From a bacterium (GTDB taxonomy: Bacteria > Krumholzibacteriota > Krumholzibacteriia > G020349025), in NCBI GenBank assembly GCA_031362565.1, contig JANLSU010000039.1:1-64000 (forward strand): a stretch of DNA of 64,000 nucleotides. The letters are read 5' to 3'. Below the pieces are notes generated by a model. That model was not told where the DNA came from and ran no database searches. It was given only the letters and a program-made list of their open reading frames with translations. Made by a program: the position numbers and the translations under genes. Shown here one piece after another: positions 49,634 through 59,983 of the stretch. Every line of letters begins with the position of its first letter. Positions within the stretch are counted from its first letter, which is position 1.

Positions 49634-50392
49634 TCAGAAGCGTCCGGCGAGGCCGAGGCGCCAGAGCGGCGCACCGGGCGCCGGCACCGCATCGAGGCGC
49701 AGCGACAGGGCGCGGTCGTCGCGTGCGTGGTCGCTGCGCACCGCCTGCACGACGCTCACGACGCTGACGATGCGATTGATGAGTGCGAACGCGAGCGCGT
49801 TGGTCGCACGGTCACCAGCCGCAAGTTCGGACTGGCGGAGATCGCGGAATTCATTGAAGCGCTGCACGCTCGTCCACGCCCAGGCCTCGCCGCCGGTGTA
49901 TTCCTGGCCGACAATTTCGCCCGTGTCGCGGGCCCGCTTGCGCACGAACTCGTTCCACATGCCGGGCCCTTCGGCGCGCAGGTACTGGCCCACGGCTTTG
50001 AAATAGTCATCGTTGCCGCTCGCGGCGGCGCCGCCATACGACACGGCGTATTCGATCGCCCGGTCGCCGCGCAGGTTTTCCTGCACCTTGAACGTCGTAT
50101 ACGACGTCCACACGGCGGCTTCGAGCGTGCCGGAGACGAGGGCGCGGGTGCGATGCCCGGTATAGTACTCGCCAAGACCCGGCACGAGGGCGGACAGCAG
50201 TGCGGCGCGATACACCGAATGATGCACATTCGCGGCCGTGACCGGCGCCGGGGCGTAACCGCCGCCGGCCGGGGTTTCGAGTGCCTGCAAGCCCGGCCGC
50301 GGCAGGAGGGAAACCGGTGCTGCAGCGTGCGCCAAGGGCACGCCGAGCGTCAGGACCAGCGCCCCAGCAACGGCGCTCGAGATCATTCGCAT
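49634..50392 (-). CDS. Exported/membrane hypothetical protein (DUF5683-like)
   Basis: Signal peptide; LLSALVPGLGEYYTG; C-terminal beta-like tail ending in F; paralogous to 50422-51294. Confidence 0.6.
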   Translation of the reverse strand: MRMISSAVAGALVLTLGVPLAHAAAPVSLLPRPGLQALETPAGGGYAPAPVTAANVHHSVYRAALLSALVPGLGEYYTGHRTRALVSGTLEAAVWTSYTTFKVQENLRGDRAIEYAVSYGGAAASGNDDYFKAVGQYLRAEGPGMWNEFVRKRARDTGEIVGQEYTGGEAWAWTSVQRFNEFRDLRQSELAAGDRATNALAFALINRIVSVVSVVQAVRSDHARDDRALSLRLDAVPAPGAPLWRLGLAGRF

Positions 50393-50421
50393 CGCTCTCT
50401 CCTCCCCATTCCGGACCGCCT

Positions 50422-51294
50422 TCAGTATCGCATGGTGAGCGCGATCCCGGTACCGTGCTCCGGCAGCGCCCGCGGTTCGACGGCAAACCGTTCGCGCTGC
50501 AAATCGCCGTGTACGAGATAGACGGTCTGAGCGACGCTCAAGAGGCGCGTCGCCATGCCGACCACGATCATGCTCGTCGCATGATCGAAGTTGGTGTTGC
50601 TTTCGATCCGCATCAGGCCAAAGGCGCGGCGATTGTGCGCCGAATCGCTGTTGACCGCGTTCTCGTTGTCGTTGTACGAGAAATCATCCCATCCCATATA
50701 GAAGAACTTGTATTTGCCGATGTTCTCGTAGTAGTGCTGGCGGTCCTGATCTTTGAAAATGAAACTGCACGTGCAGTTGTCGGCGGGGTCGCTCGAGTCG
50801 TACCAGCGAATGTCATCGTTCGTTTGCGTCACGCCATAGTGATCGCGTAGTTCTTGCTGCCAGCGACCGTAGTCCCAGTGCGTGTCGGCGAATTGTTCGT
50901 ACTTGCTGCGCCAGTCGCCGCCTTCGCGCCGGTAGTGCGCGTACCCGAGCCAGGTCGCGGCGTCCGCCCCCACGAGCGGCAAGCCGCGCCACCAATGGCC
51001 GGTCGAAATTTCTCCCGCCCCCGGCAAAATGGCGGAGAGCAGAACCGGCAGAATGTAGCGCTTGCGAGTCGACAACTCGGACGAGGCCGTTGCGGCTCCG
51101 CCGCCCTCTTGCACATCGACGTTCGGCGCGCGCCAAGCACGGCTTTGCTGCTGCCATGCAAGTCGCAACGGCGGCAGCAATGACTGGTTGGGCACCGCGG
51201 CCGGTTCGAGGGCTCGCGCGGCGCCGCATCCTGCGGCCACCAGCAGGCCGAGAGCCAGCCGCCACACCGGATGCGCGCTGCGATTCAGCATCAT
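50422..51294 (-). CDS. Exported/membrane hypothetical protein (DUF5683-like)
   Basis: Signal peptide; LLSAILPGAGEISTG, QHYYENIGKY..F..GWDD; C-terminal aromatic residue. Confidence 0.6.
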   Translation of the reverse strand: MMLNRSAHPVWRLALGLLVAAGCGAARALEPAAVPNQSLLPPLRLAWQQQSRAWRAPNVDVQEGGGAATASSELSTRKRYILPVLLSAILPGAGEISTGHWWRGLPLVGADAATWLGYAHYRREGGDWRSKYEQFADTHWDYGRWQQELRDHYGVTQTNDDIRWYDSSDPADNCTCSFIFKDQDRQHYYENIGKYKFFYMGWDDFSYNDNENAVNSDSAHNRRAFGLMRIESNTNFDHATSMIVVGMATRLLSVAQTVYLVHGDLQRERFAVEPRALPEHGTGIALTMRY

Positions 51295-51305
51295 TCGACT
51301 TTCGG

Positions 51306-54300
51306 CTAGCGGACGAGCGTGATCGGCGTCACGAGCGGGGACGCAACCCCAGCCGCGGCGCTCACGAAACGGCACAAATAGACCCCCGACGCCAAAGCGC
51401 CGGGACGCCAAGCGATTTCCTTGGTTCCCGCCGCCAGTGCCCCGCTCTGCTCGAACACGCGCTGGCCTTCGAGAGTGTAGATCGCCACCTGAAACGCGCC
51501 GTCGTGCGGCGTGGTCATCCGCAAGCGCACTTCCGTGCCGGCGCCACGGGCCGGATTCGGATACACGATGAACGGCCGCTCGGCGGCCAAAACCCGGGCC
51601 CCGGCGCCGATTGCCGCCGGCTTGGCGGTGAAGTTGGTGCGCGCCGCAGTGCCACCCAACCCCGCCCAACCTGGCCGCGCCGAGCCGCCGGCCGGATCGG
51701 TCGCCCCGGCAGAGATCGAGGATACCGCCAGGATCTCGGGCGTACCGTCGCCGTTGACGTCTTCGGCACGCAGCGTCGATGGAAACAAGTCCGGCAGCAT
51801 CTTGCGCGGATATCCGGACACGACGCGCCCGCCGGCATCGAACGCGTACACAAGTCCCAAATCCGTTCCAAAACAAATCTCCGGCAGCGAGTCGCCGGCG
51901 ACATCCGCGATCACCGGCGGCGTCACGATGCGGATCGGATTCAACAACGGATACGCATCGCGGATCACGAGCGGAGTGCGCGCCAAATGTGCGCCGCGGC
52001 TGGTGAGGCCCGCGAGGCGCGTCGCGCTGGTGGCGACGATGTCGAGTTCCCCATCGCCGTTGACGTCGGCGAGCGCCAGACCCAGATAGTGGTCGGGCGG
52101 CAAATCGCCAAAGTCGCTCCACAGGCCTTGGTCGGCATCCGCGACGCGCAACCGGCCGTCGGGCCGCAGGATGACGATTTGGGCGGCGCCGGCCGCCGAA
52201 CGCAAGTGGCCGCTCGCCACCAGCAACACCGAATCAGGCGCATCAAGGCCATGTTCGATCGATCGCGATGCGCCGCCGAAAGCCTGCACCACGACCCGAT
52301 TGCGGCCGACGAGCCCGACCCCCAACGCGCCGTTCGCAGCCACCGGGCCGACAACCGCCGGCTCGTGGCCCGAGTCGATATCGTACGTTTCGCCGACGCC
52401 GACAGCGTCGAGCCGCACCCAAGCGCCGCCGGCGGTCTCGACGAGCGCGCCCGCCGTGCCGGCGGTTTGCGAATCGAGTAACACGAGCCGCGCGCCGCAG
52501 CCCCCCGGCACTGTGACGGGGAAACCGGCGCGCACCGGTAGTGAATCGCCGGCAATCTGTGCATCCCAAAGCCAGACGCGCTCAGAATCGACGGCGGCGA
52601 TCGTGCCGCCCAGGTCACCGGGCGCCAGATGCGGATGGTAAGCGAGCGATGCCGGTTGCACCGGCGTCCGCACGACGCGATGCGCGAGCGCCGCATCGAA
52701 GGCCGACACGCCGGCCGAATCCGCCACCACGAGCACAGTCCCGAGCCCGCCGATCTGGGCCATGCATGCCCCCTGTGGATCGAGCGGCGGCAAGCTGTCG
52801 GCGGCGGTCCGCAATTGCCGCGGCCAGTCCCGCGTCCCATCCGCCACATGGATGGTGAGCGTGTGCGATTCGGGGGCCGCGAAACGCACGTTGGTGATTT
52901 CCAAACCGGTGTGCGCCCAGTCGGTGTTCCAGTTGTTCGGCCGTGAGGTGGCGTTCATGCGCGTCGCGAAGCCTTCGCGGAACGGATCGTTCCAACCGTC
53001 ACCGCTGAAGCCGTTGGTGGGAGTGCGCCAGTCGCCGATTTCGTAGTCGCCGTCGGCTTCCACGAGCCGCAGCCCACGCCGCCGGTCGTCGGTATTCACT
53101 TCGTTGAAAGCAAAGCCGTCGGCGATGACGCGTTCGTCGACCTTCCATACCAGCAGTCCAAACCCCAGATCACCACAACTACCGAATTGTTCTTCGGGCG
53201 CACTCGGTGAAGTGATGAAGAAGTCGTATTCGCCGCTGTTGCGCCGGTCGCGTGGCGGCTTCCTCGGCTCGTCACGGCTCATCCAGAGGATGACGCCCGT
53301 CGAGTCGCGATTCAAATACGGACAGGCCTCGACGTCATCGGGGCGCACGTCCAAGAAATCGCGCCGGTTCTCGACCAAGTAGTACTCGTCGGCCGAGACA
53401 TCGAGCCGCGCGATGCGCGGCCCCGTGCCTTGCGACGTGAGGCTCGGCCGCAATGTCACCGAGTCGTCCGGGGCGCGGAGCGCATACGGCTCCTCCCAAC
53501 CCAACAACACCCGGCTCATCGCCGACAGGCCGCCGGGTAAGAGGCCGAAGGCAATCGTCGGCTCGCTGGCGCCTTCTTCTTGAAATCCGAACACCAGCCC
53601 TGAACCCGAGTCCATGAGATCCCATTCGCCGACCGCCGGCAACCCGATATTCGTGTCGTACCAATCGGGCAATCCCAGTTGATGGCCCACCTCGTGACAC
53701 AGCACACCGGAGATGCCACCGACAAAACCATCCTGCGACGCCTGCTCCGGAACCACGAGCCCGTTGCGGATTTCGTGCGTGCCGCCCATGACCGCCACCG
53801 AGTCCGCGAGAGTGACGAAGAAACTCGGCAGGTCGTTGGGGCTGTCGCCGTTGATGTCGCTCTGCAGGTCGCTGCCCGGATGGACGAGGCAGATCGATTC
53901 CATGTCGCGCAAATCGATGCGCCCGGCGACCGCCGTGTCGGCGGCGCTCACCGCATCCTTGAACCACTTCACGAGTAACTCGATCGTCCAGTTATTGCCG
54001 GCGCCCGGACCGTAGTCGGCGGCATCCGAAAGCTTGACGCTCGGTTCACCGACCGGCGGAAACACGTGGCCGCGCACCTCTACCTGGCCGTGCGACACGA
54101 CGCGGTAATAATCGCGGAGCGCGATGAGCTGGGCATCGAAATAGGCGGCATCGTGCGGCGGCGGGTCGACGACGGCGGTCGAATCAGCGGTCAAGCGGAA
54201 GTCGCCGCTCGCATCCATGCTGGTGAGAGCCGGGTCACGGTTGGCGCGAAAACCAACCCGTACGAGGAGCAGGTCGACAGTATCGGGCGCGGCGCCCGCG

Positions 54301-54611
54301 CCACCGGCCGCTTTGGCGGCACGGGCGGCACGCGCCCGACGACTCGTGAGCACACCCTGCGACTGGACGTGGGCGTTATGCAGGCGGGCATCCGTCAAGA
54401 ACGCCGGCCAATGTGCCCGGTGCGCCAACCAGCGCTGCCGCATTCCGTCGGCTTGGGCCCGCGCCACGGTCTTCGGACTGGTGCGGAGCACGGTGGTCCG
54501 GCGGCGAACACCGTCGCGCGACGACGCCGCGGTGGCGAAGACGATTCCAAGGCCGGCGATCAACAGACTGATCCGAACCCACGACTGCCAACGGCCCGAT
54601 CCCAATTCCAT
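51306..54611 (-). CDS. M6 (immune inhibitor A-like) metalloprotease with FG-GAP repeats and a T9SS type-A C-terminal sorting domain
   Basis: Signal peptide; zinc motif CHEVGHQLGLPD, W.LMDSG, EYYLVENR; D.NGDG..[DE]I repeats; CTD VYPNP...IYTLEG.RV...W....LASGVY. Confidence 0.85.
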   Translation of the reverse strand: MELGSGRWQSWVRISLLIAGLGIVFATAASSRDGVRRRTTVLRTSPKTVARAQADGMRQRWLAHRAHWPAFLTDARLHNAHVQSQGVLTSRRARAARAAKAAGGAGAAPDTVDLLLVRVGFRANRDPALTSMDASGDFRLTADSTAVVDPPPHDAAYFDAQLIALRDYYRVVSHGQVEVRGHVFPPVGEPSVKLSDAADYGPGAGNNWTIELLVKWFKDAVSAADTAVAGRIDLRDMESICLVHPGSDLQSDINGDSPNDLPSFFVTLADSVAVMGGTHEIRNGLVVPEQASQDGFVGGISGVLCHEVGHQLGLPDWYDTNIGLPAVGEWDLMDSGSGLVFGFQEEGASEPTIAFGLLPGGLSAMSRVLLGWEEPYALRAPDDSVTLRPSLTSQGTGPRIARLDVSADEYYLVENRRDFLDVRPDDVEACPYLNRDSTGVILWMSRDEPRKPPRDRRNSGEYDFFITSPSAPEEQFGSCGDLGFGLLVWKVDERVIADGFAFNEVNTDDRRRGLRLVEADGDYEIGDWRTPTNGFSGDGWNDPFREGFATRMNATSRPNNWNTDWAHTGLEITNVRFAAPESHTLTIHVADGTRDWPRQLRTAADSLPPLDPQGACMAQIGGLGTVLVVADSAGVSAFDAALAHRVVRTPVQPASLAYHPHLAPGDLGGTIAAVDSERVWLWDAQIAGDSLPVRAGFPVTVPGGCGARLVLLDSQTAGTAGALVETAGGAWVRLDAVGVGETYDIDSGHEPAVVGPVAANGALGVGLVGRNRVVVQAFGGASRSIEHGLDAPDSVLLVASGHLRSAAGAAQIVILRPDGRLRVADADQGLWSDFGDLPPDHYLGLALADVNGDGELDIVATSATRLAGLTSRGAHLARTPLVIRDAYPLLNPIRIVTPPVIADVAGDSLPEICFGTDLGLVYAFDAGGRVVSGYPRKMLPDLFPSTLRAEDVNGDGTPEILAVSSISAGATDPAGGSARPGWAGLGGTAARTNFTAKPAAIGAGARVLAAERPFIVYPNPARGAGTEVRLRMTTPHDGAFQVAIYTLEGQRVFEQSGALAAGTKEIAWRPGALASGVYLCRFVSAAAGVASPLVTPITLVR

Positions 54612-54666
54612 CGGTTCCAATCTGACTCAAGGGGGGTTCGGGTGAAAGGCGTCGAGGTCGCCTTGG

Positions 54667-55650
54667 TCAGTACCGCAGCCAAAGGGCAAACCGGCTGACG
54701 CGGTCCAGCTCGGCGGCCTGCGGTACGTTCGCGTATTCGAACGTGGCGCGGTTCCAAGTGAATCCGAAGCCGGCAGCAACGCCGCGTACGGCACCTTCGT
54801 CGTCGTTCAAATAGCCGGCGCGCAACGCAAAGGCATTCAAATACACGAACTCGGCGCCCATGTGATACACCGGGCGGCGCTCCCAGCGCACCAAGGAGCG
54901 CTCGTATTCGACGCCGGCACGCAGCTGGCTGACCTCGCTCTGCACGAGATCGAACATGCCGCCCAGGCGCAGACTGCGCGGCAGCGGATCGCTCTGCTCT
55001 TGGTCGATGAACGTAATGTCGGGGCCGAGGTTGTTGACGACGGCACCGAGGCGAAAGCGTGGCCGGCGATACAAAGCGCCAAGATCGAAAGCCCACGAAT
55101 TGCCGCTGCCGCTTCCCGAACCGAGCTGATCACGGAGCACGTTCTCGGGAGCCAAATCGATTCGTACGTACTTCACCGAAACGCCGATCCCCAAGTCCGG
55201 GAGAAACTTGAATCCAAGCGAGGCAGCCGGCGACAGTTCGTAACTGCTGAACGTGCCGTGCGATTGGTTCGCTTCGTCCACGGCCTCGCTCTTGCCGTAG
55301 CTCAGGTAGGTGAGGTCGAGCTGGACGGTGCCGAGGCTTTTCGTCGGCACGACCCAACCGCCGTACATGAAATACACGTCATCGGCGAGACTCGGGACGA
55401 GCTTCGTGAACATCGTGCCGACGACGCCGCGCTCTACGAAGGCCAAGCCGCCGGGATTCGACCAACGTGCGGCATAGTCGTTGGCTTCGGTCACGAAGAT
55501 TCCACCCATGGCTTCGCCACGAGCGCTCGGACCGAACGTCAAACTGATGGCGCCGGCCTCGCTGCCCACAGCGTGGGCGCGCGGCGCGAGCGCAGCGATG
55601 CTGGCAAGTGCCAATGGCATGAAGGTGCGTGTGAGAAGCGGCGTGCGCAT
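54667..55650 (-). CDS. porV: PorV/PorQ-family outer membrane beta-barrel (FadL-like T9SS shuttle)
   Basis: A..L...P.AR..AMG..........A..[WS]NP.GL, YL.YG, FD.G.LY, G....N.GP, LP..LR.G, LRAGY; directly downstream of porU. Confidence 0.85.
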   Translation of the reverse strand: MRTPLLTRTFMPLALASIAALAPRAHAVGSEAGAISLTFGPSARGEAMGGIFVTEANDYAARWSNPGGLAFVERGVVGTMFTKLVPSLADDVYFMYGGWVVPTKSLGTVQLDLTYLSYGKSEAVDEANQSHGTFSSYELSPAASLGFKFLPDLGIGVSVKYVRIDLAPENVLRDQLGSGSGSGNSWAFDLGALYRRPRFRLGAVVNNLGPDITFIDQEQSDPLPRSLRLGGMFDLVQSEVSQLRAGVEYERSLVRWERRPVYHMGAEFVYLNAFALRAGYLNDDEGAVRGVAAGFGFTWNRATFEYANVPQAAELDRVSRFALWLRY

Positions 55651-55770
55651 CGTGGGGGGGACCTCCGGGTACTACGCGGGCATTGCAAGGGGAACGATTT
55701 CGGCCCCCGCGGGGTACGGCGACCAGAAACGGAGTTGCAACTTCCAGGCCCAGGTGTCCACGCGCCACAG

Positions 55771-55796
55771 GGTGCCGGCGAGGTCCCGCCGGCACC
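55771..55796. terminator. Perfect 10-bp hairpin between porU and porV
   Basis: GGTGCCGGCG-AGGTCC-CGCCGGCACC. Confidence 0.45.
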
Positions 55797-55835
55797 AGCC
55801 GTTACTTTGAGTTGAATCCGACCCAACCCGCACAA

Positions 55836-58800
55836 CTATCTCATGATGACGACTTTACCGACGGTTTCGAGGGGCGCAACGCCGGCTCGGTCGGGGCGGG
55901 CGCGGAGGCGGTACAGATACGTACCGTTCGCGACAGTGTCCTCTCGAAGGTCCACCCCGTCCCATCGAATGGACGCCTGGGTGCCGGCGTCGAACCGCTG
56001 GCGATGGTGCCAGATCTCGCGCCCCGAGGTCGTGAAGACCCGCAGTTCGACCTCCGCAGGATCGGTGATCTCGAAGAAAAAGCGCGTCCAGTCGCGGAAC
56101 GGATTGGGAAACGCGAGGACGTTCACGAGCCGCACGACTTCGGCGTCGACGACTTGAAATTCGATGGTTGCAGTCGCTTGGTTTCCCAAGTTGTCCGACG
56201 CGATCAGCGTCACCGAGTGCGCCCCCGCTTCCAAGTCGCTCGGGAGTGGCACATTCAAAGTCCCGGCACTATCGCTCCCGGCCGCGTACTGAAACAGCGA
56301 CGTGACATTGAGAGACTCGTTGCGGCCGTCGAAGTCGAGAAGGATCGAATTGGGCAGCGATGTCCCCTGGATGCCGATGCCATTTTCATCGTGGATGTCG
56401 GCCGTGAGAATCGTGCCGGCCTTCACCCGCGTCCGGTTGTTCGGGAAGTGCAGCGCGATCCGCGGCACCCCAGTCGACGAATCGCTGCTGGAGCCAATGG
56501 CCACGTTGACTCCCGATTGGGAGCCCTTCGCATCCCGCCCCGGGCTCGACGCATACGCACTGATACGCGCTTTGCGCCCCGCATGCGCGCTCTTGGGCAC
56601 GATGAACTGGAACGACAGTTGGCCGTTCCGCACCGGCACCGTGCCGCGATAGAGCGGCGGACCTGGCAGATCGTAGGGAATGTAGAGCGGTCCCTGCGGC
56701 GGCGGGACGCGAAAGCCGCTTTCGTCCGCCGTGCCAAAAACCTGCACTTCGGCCGTGCCATTGAAGCCGCCGATGACGTCGCCTTGGCTGGTCACGACTT
56801 CGCCCGTGATCTGGGTTCGGTTGCCGGTCTCGAGCGAGTCGGCGCCGGCCACGAACCGCACGAGATTCTGCGGGAAATCGAGCGTCATCGCCGGATCAGC
56901 GATGAGCATATAGCTCTCGGTGTTGCCGTTCGTGGTGCGCATCTTGGCGAGTTGCTGAACCGTGCCCAACGGGATGCGCCCCGTTGCGCCGTCCAGGAAC
57001 AACTCGCGAAAGAGTGCCGTGTTGAATTGCAAGTTGCTGCCCACAAAAGTCGGCGTCGTCGCGCCGACGGTCGCAATCGCCCCGCCGGCGGGGTCGGCGA
57101 ACAAGTCCTCGCACATGCTCTGGCGCTCAGGATCGTCGAACTCGCTCACCGTACAACTGATGGGCAAGAAGAGCGGCGCCTTCGAACCGTTGACAAGCGA
57201 CGGAATGTCGGTCGACAAGAAGAGCACTTCATCGGTCAGCTGCCGCGGCGCACCGTGCCCCTGGAAGTTCAACACCGCGCAGCCTTCGTTCCACGTCTTG
57301 ATGAAAGCGGCGCGCGCCAGCGGCTTCTGTCCGAGGACGCGCGGATACTCGGTTTCGTAGAACTTGACGACATCGAGATTGGCCGGCACCATCCGCGCCA
57401 GATCCTCGCTGTTGTCGGTGTGAAAGGCTTCGAAGCAGCCGCCGAGGGGGCTGCATTCATCGTCCGCCGCCAAGAGAACCCGCGTCCGCCAAGCGCCGAA
57501 CGGCGCCGCTTCATAGGCGATGAGCTTGTCGACGATGCGGTCCGCGTCGGCCGCGGTACGCGCCGGAATGCGGCCGATGGCGAGATCCGGAATCGGGTAC
57601 GGATTCGGGCCCGCCGGCGGTGTGCCCAGTTCCCCCAGCCAATCGTCCACCGCGTAGTCGGCCACCCAGGGCGTCCGGTCGATGCCGTAGTACCCACCTT
57701 GCACGGTGGGCACGAGGGTCAGTGCCGACGCACCACGCAACTGCCGCACATCATGGGTCGCATCCCCGAACAACGCGAGGTAGCGCAGGCGCGGCGTCAC
57801 GTCGAGGTTGTAGAGAAACTTGGCGTAGTTGCGAATCGCCATCGGATCGACGCGGCCGCCCGAGAAGTTGTCGTAAATATCCGCCACGTCGGCCACCAAA
57901 ATGTCGGGCGAACCACCGCCTGGGAAATGCCCGCGGCGGTACTGCGCCAAGCGATCGGCGGCGGCCCGCAGGCTCGAATGGGTCACGATGAGCATGTCGG
58001 GCGCCGTGGTGCGAGCCCGCAGCGGCACCACCGTGCGGAGCACGAGATCACGTGCCGCCGGGTGGATCGCGCCGCCGAGTGCGAGGTCGCCGACCGCCAC
58101 GTAGTGCGCCCGCACGTGTGCGGCACCGGTGCCATGGACCTGCCAGGTGGTCGCGGCCCCCGTGCCCTGCGGCGCGAGACCGGTCAAGACCCGCGGCGAC
58201 CAGGGATCGGTGATGTTGAAAGCGGTCGGCGCGTTGGCCCCGAACCCGGTCAGTTCGTATGCGATGCCGTCGCGTGCCGCGCGGTCCGTCCAGTCCAACA
58301 CATGCGCCGCGCCGGCCGCGAGCGGCCTTGCCCACACGACATCGAATTCGAGCAAGTCGGTGATCCGTGCCGCGTTGACGCCGGTGGGAATCGATAAGTC
58401 CAGGTTGTTGACCGCTTGCAATGCGACGCCGCTGAAGGTCTGCAGGTGCGCCTGTCCGGTGGCGCCAAAGCTGATGCGCGGCAGCGTCACGCCGTTCAAC
58501 TGCGGATCGACAATTTGTTGGGCGCCGTTCTCGTCGAATCCAAGTGCGAGCCGTAGCGCGCCGACAGCCGACGCCGGGCCCCCGAGGTCGAGTTGAAACT
58601 GCACCCGCAGCGGGCGCGTGTCGCGAATCTCTTGCCAAATCCACAGGTCATCGATGCGGGCGTAATCGAGGTCCTGCTCGACGTGCGTGCGGTTCGTCAC
58701 CGTCGTGACGACGGAGTCACCAGGCACGGACGGCGCCACAACGCTGCTCATGCGCTCGCCGAACACCCCGTCGCCCCACACCAGCCATGCATATTGGTTG

Positions 58801-59906
58801 CGATCGAACGGATGCCGGAAATAGGCCAGCGAATCGGCCGTCGCCTCGGAATCGATTTCGTATCCCTCGGGACCAAGCGCATAGAAAACGACCCGGTCAT
58901 TCGGATCATTGGACGTAAAACTACCGTCGCCCTCCCCCGGCACCCAAATCGCCGCCTGGCGCATCTCCGCGCCCGGCTGCCAACTGCCGGCCGAATCGAC
59001 GCCCAAGGCTTGCGGTTTCCACTGGTCGAAATAGATGCGCAGCGTGCGCGGATCGAAGGCCGGCTGATCGACGCCGACGCCGGCGGCCTTGAGTTCGGCA
59101 TAGCTCAGTTCGTAGATGCCACGCTGCGCGATCTTGATGCGCAGGCGCTGGGCGGGCAGAGCCGCGACCTGCGGCGCCCGCGGCGCCGACGCCGCGGCAG
59201 GACTCGCGAGCGCCCAACGCGCGGCGCTCGCGGTGTTGACCAGGGCCGCATGCAGTGGTTCGCGTGTCGTTCCAAGCACGGCCGGCAGAACGCGGACGCG
59301 ATCCGCGAAGGTAATTCGCACCCGCACGAGCGTCACGGCGCTGACGTTGCCATCAGGCTGGATTTGCACCGGATGAAAGGTGAGTGGCAGGACGGCGCGG
59401 CCGCGCAAATCGCCACCGGGCCCCAATTCTACGAATGCGGCGGGCCACGCAGTTGCGAACGCCCGCGCCGGCACGTCGTGCAATTCCGGCACGCTGCGGC
59501 CGGCAGCCTCGGCCGCGAGCCGTTCAGCCCGGCGCGTGACACCCTGCAGGCGCGGCCACTCGAGCCTGCCGAGATCACGCTTCGCCGTCTCCAAGATCTC
59601 GAGGCGCGCGCCGTGCACTCCGGCCACACCGAGCCAGGTGCGACGTTCGAAGAGCACCGGCATGCCAGCCTCGCCCCCCCGGTCGAAGCCCGGCACCGTC
59701 CAGCCCGACGCGTCGTGCACCGGCTCCGGGGCGCGCAACTCGAGGGTCACGCCGGCGTCGCTCTCTTCAAGGACGCGGACCCAATCGTCACCCGGCGCGG
59801 CCGCGATCGCGACGCGCGGCGTGGCAGGCAGCGACAACAGGGCCACGAGGCACACGACGGGCCCGAATGGCATGACAGGCAGGCGCCGAAAAAATCGGCT
59901 CGGCAT
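55836..59906 (-). CDS. porU: PorU-like T9SS sortase (peptidase C25/gingipain family), copy 1
   Basis: Signal peptide, C25 propeptide-like region, IYDNFSGG..DP.AIR, LFGD...D, DLAIGRIPA, AADDE, catalytic His in FQGHG and Cys in ISC, CTD (FPNPF...VFT.SGR...WDG......ANG.Y.Y); GGGGAG RBS. Confidence 0.88.
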   Translation of the reverse strand: MPSRFFRRLPVMPFGPVVCLVALLSLPATPRVAIAAAPGDDWVRVLEESDAGVTLELRAPEPVHDASGWTVPGFDRGGEAGMPVLFERRTWLGVAGVHGARLEILETAKRDLGRLEWPRLQGVTRRAERLAAEAAGRSVPELHDVPARAFATAWPAAFVELGPGGDLRGRAVLPLTFHPVQIQPDGNVSAVTLVRVRITFADRVRVLPAVLGTTREPLHAALVNTASAARWALASPAAASAPRAPQVAALPAQRLRIKIAQRGIYELSYAELKAAGVGVDQPAFDPRTLRIYFDQWKPQALGVDSAGSWQPGAEMRQAAIWVPGEGDGSFTSNDPNDRVVFYALGPEGYEIDSEATADSLAYFRHPFDRNQYAWLVWGDGVFGERMSSVVAPSVPGDSVVTTVTNRTHVEQDLDYARIDDLWIWQEIRDTRPLRVQFQLDLGGPASAVGALRLALGFDENGAQQIVDPQLNGVTLPRISFGATGQAHLQTFSGVALQAVNNLDLSIPTGVNAARITDLLEFDVVWARPLAAGAAHVLDWTDRAARDGIAYELTGFGANAPTAFNITDPWSPRVLTGLAPQGTGAATTWQVHGTGAAHVRAHYVAVGDLALGGAIHPAARDLVLRTVVPLRARTTAPDMLIVTHSSLRAAADRLAQYRRGHFPGGGSPDILVADVADIYDNFSGGRVDPMAIRNYAKFLYNLDVTPRLRYLALFGDATHDVRQLRGASALTLVPTVQGGYYGIDRTPWVADYAVDDWLGELGTPPAGPNPYPIPDLAIGRIPARTAADADRIVDKLIAYEAAPFGAWRTRVLLAADDECSPLGGCFEAFHTDNSEDLARMVPANLDVVKFYETEYPRVLGQKPLARAAFIKTWNEGCAVLNFQGHGAPRQLTDEVLFLSTDIPSLVNGSKAPLFLPISCTVSEFDDPERQSMCEDLFADPAGGAIATVGATTPTFVGSNLQFNTALFRELFLDGATGRIPLGTVQQLAKMRTTNGNTESYMLIADPAMTLDFPQNLVRFVAGADSLETGNRTQITGEVVTSQGDVIGGFNGTAEVQVFGTADESGFRVPPPQGPLYIPYDLPGPPLYRGTVPVRNGQLSFQFIVPKSAHAGRKARISAYASSPGRDAKGSQSGVNVAIGSSSDSSTGVPRIALHFPNNRTRVKAGTILTADIHDENGIGIQGTSLPNSILLDFDGRNESLNVTSLFQYAAGSDSAGTLNVPLPSDLEAGAHSVTLIASDNLGNQATATIEFQVVDAEVVRLVNVLAFPNPFRDWTRFFFEITDPAEVELRVFTTSGREIWHHRQRFDAGTQASIRWDGVDLREDTVANGTYLYRLRARPDRAGVAPLETVGKVVIMR

Positions 59907-59983
59907 CGTAACACTCCCCCCTTGGGCAAGGCTCTGGAGTTGGACCGGGCAGCAGAAAGCGAACCGCAAGCGCGGCGACCCAC

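Noticed and set aside
55736..55751. sigma54-like GGGCCT-GGAAG-TTGCA upstream of porV
   Set aside because: Weak -24 element overlapping a palindrome (GGAGTTGCAACTTCC); not distinguishable from chance in GC-rich DNA.
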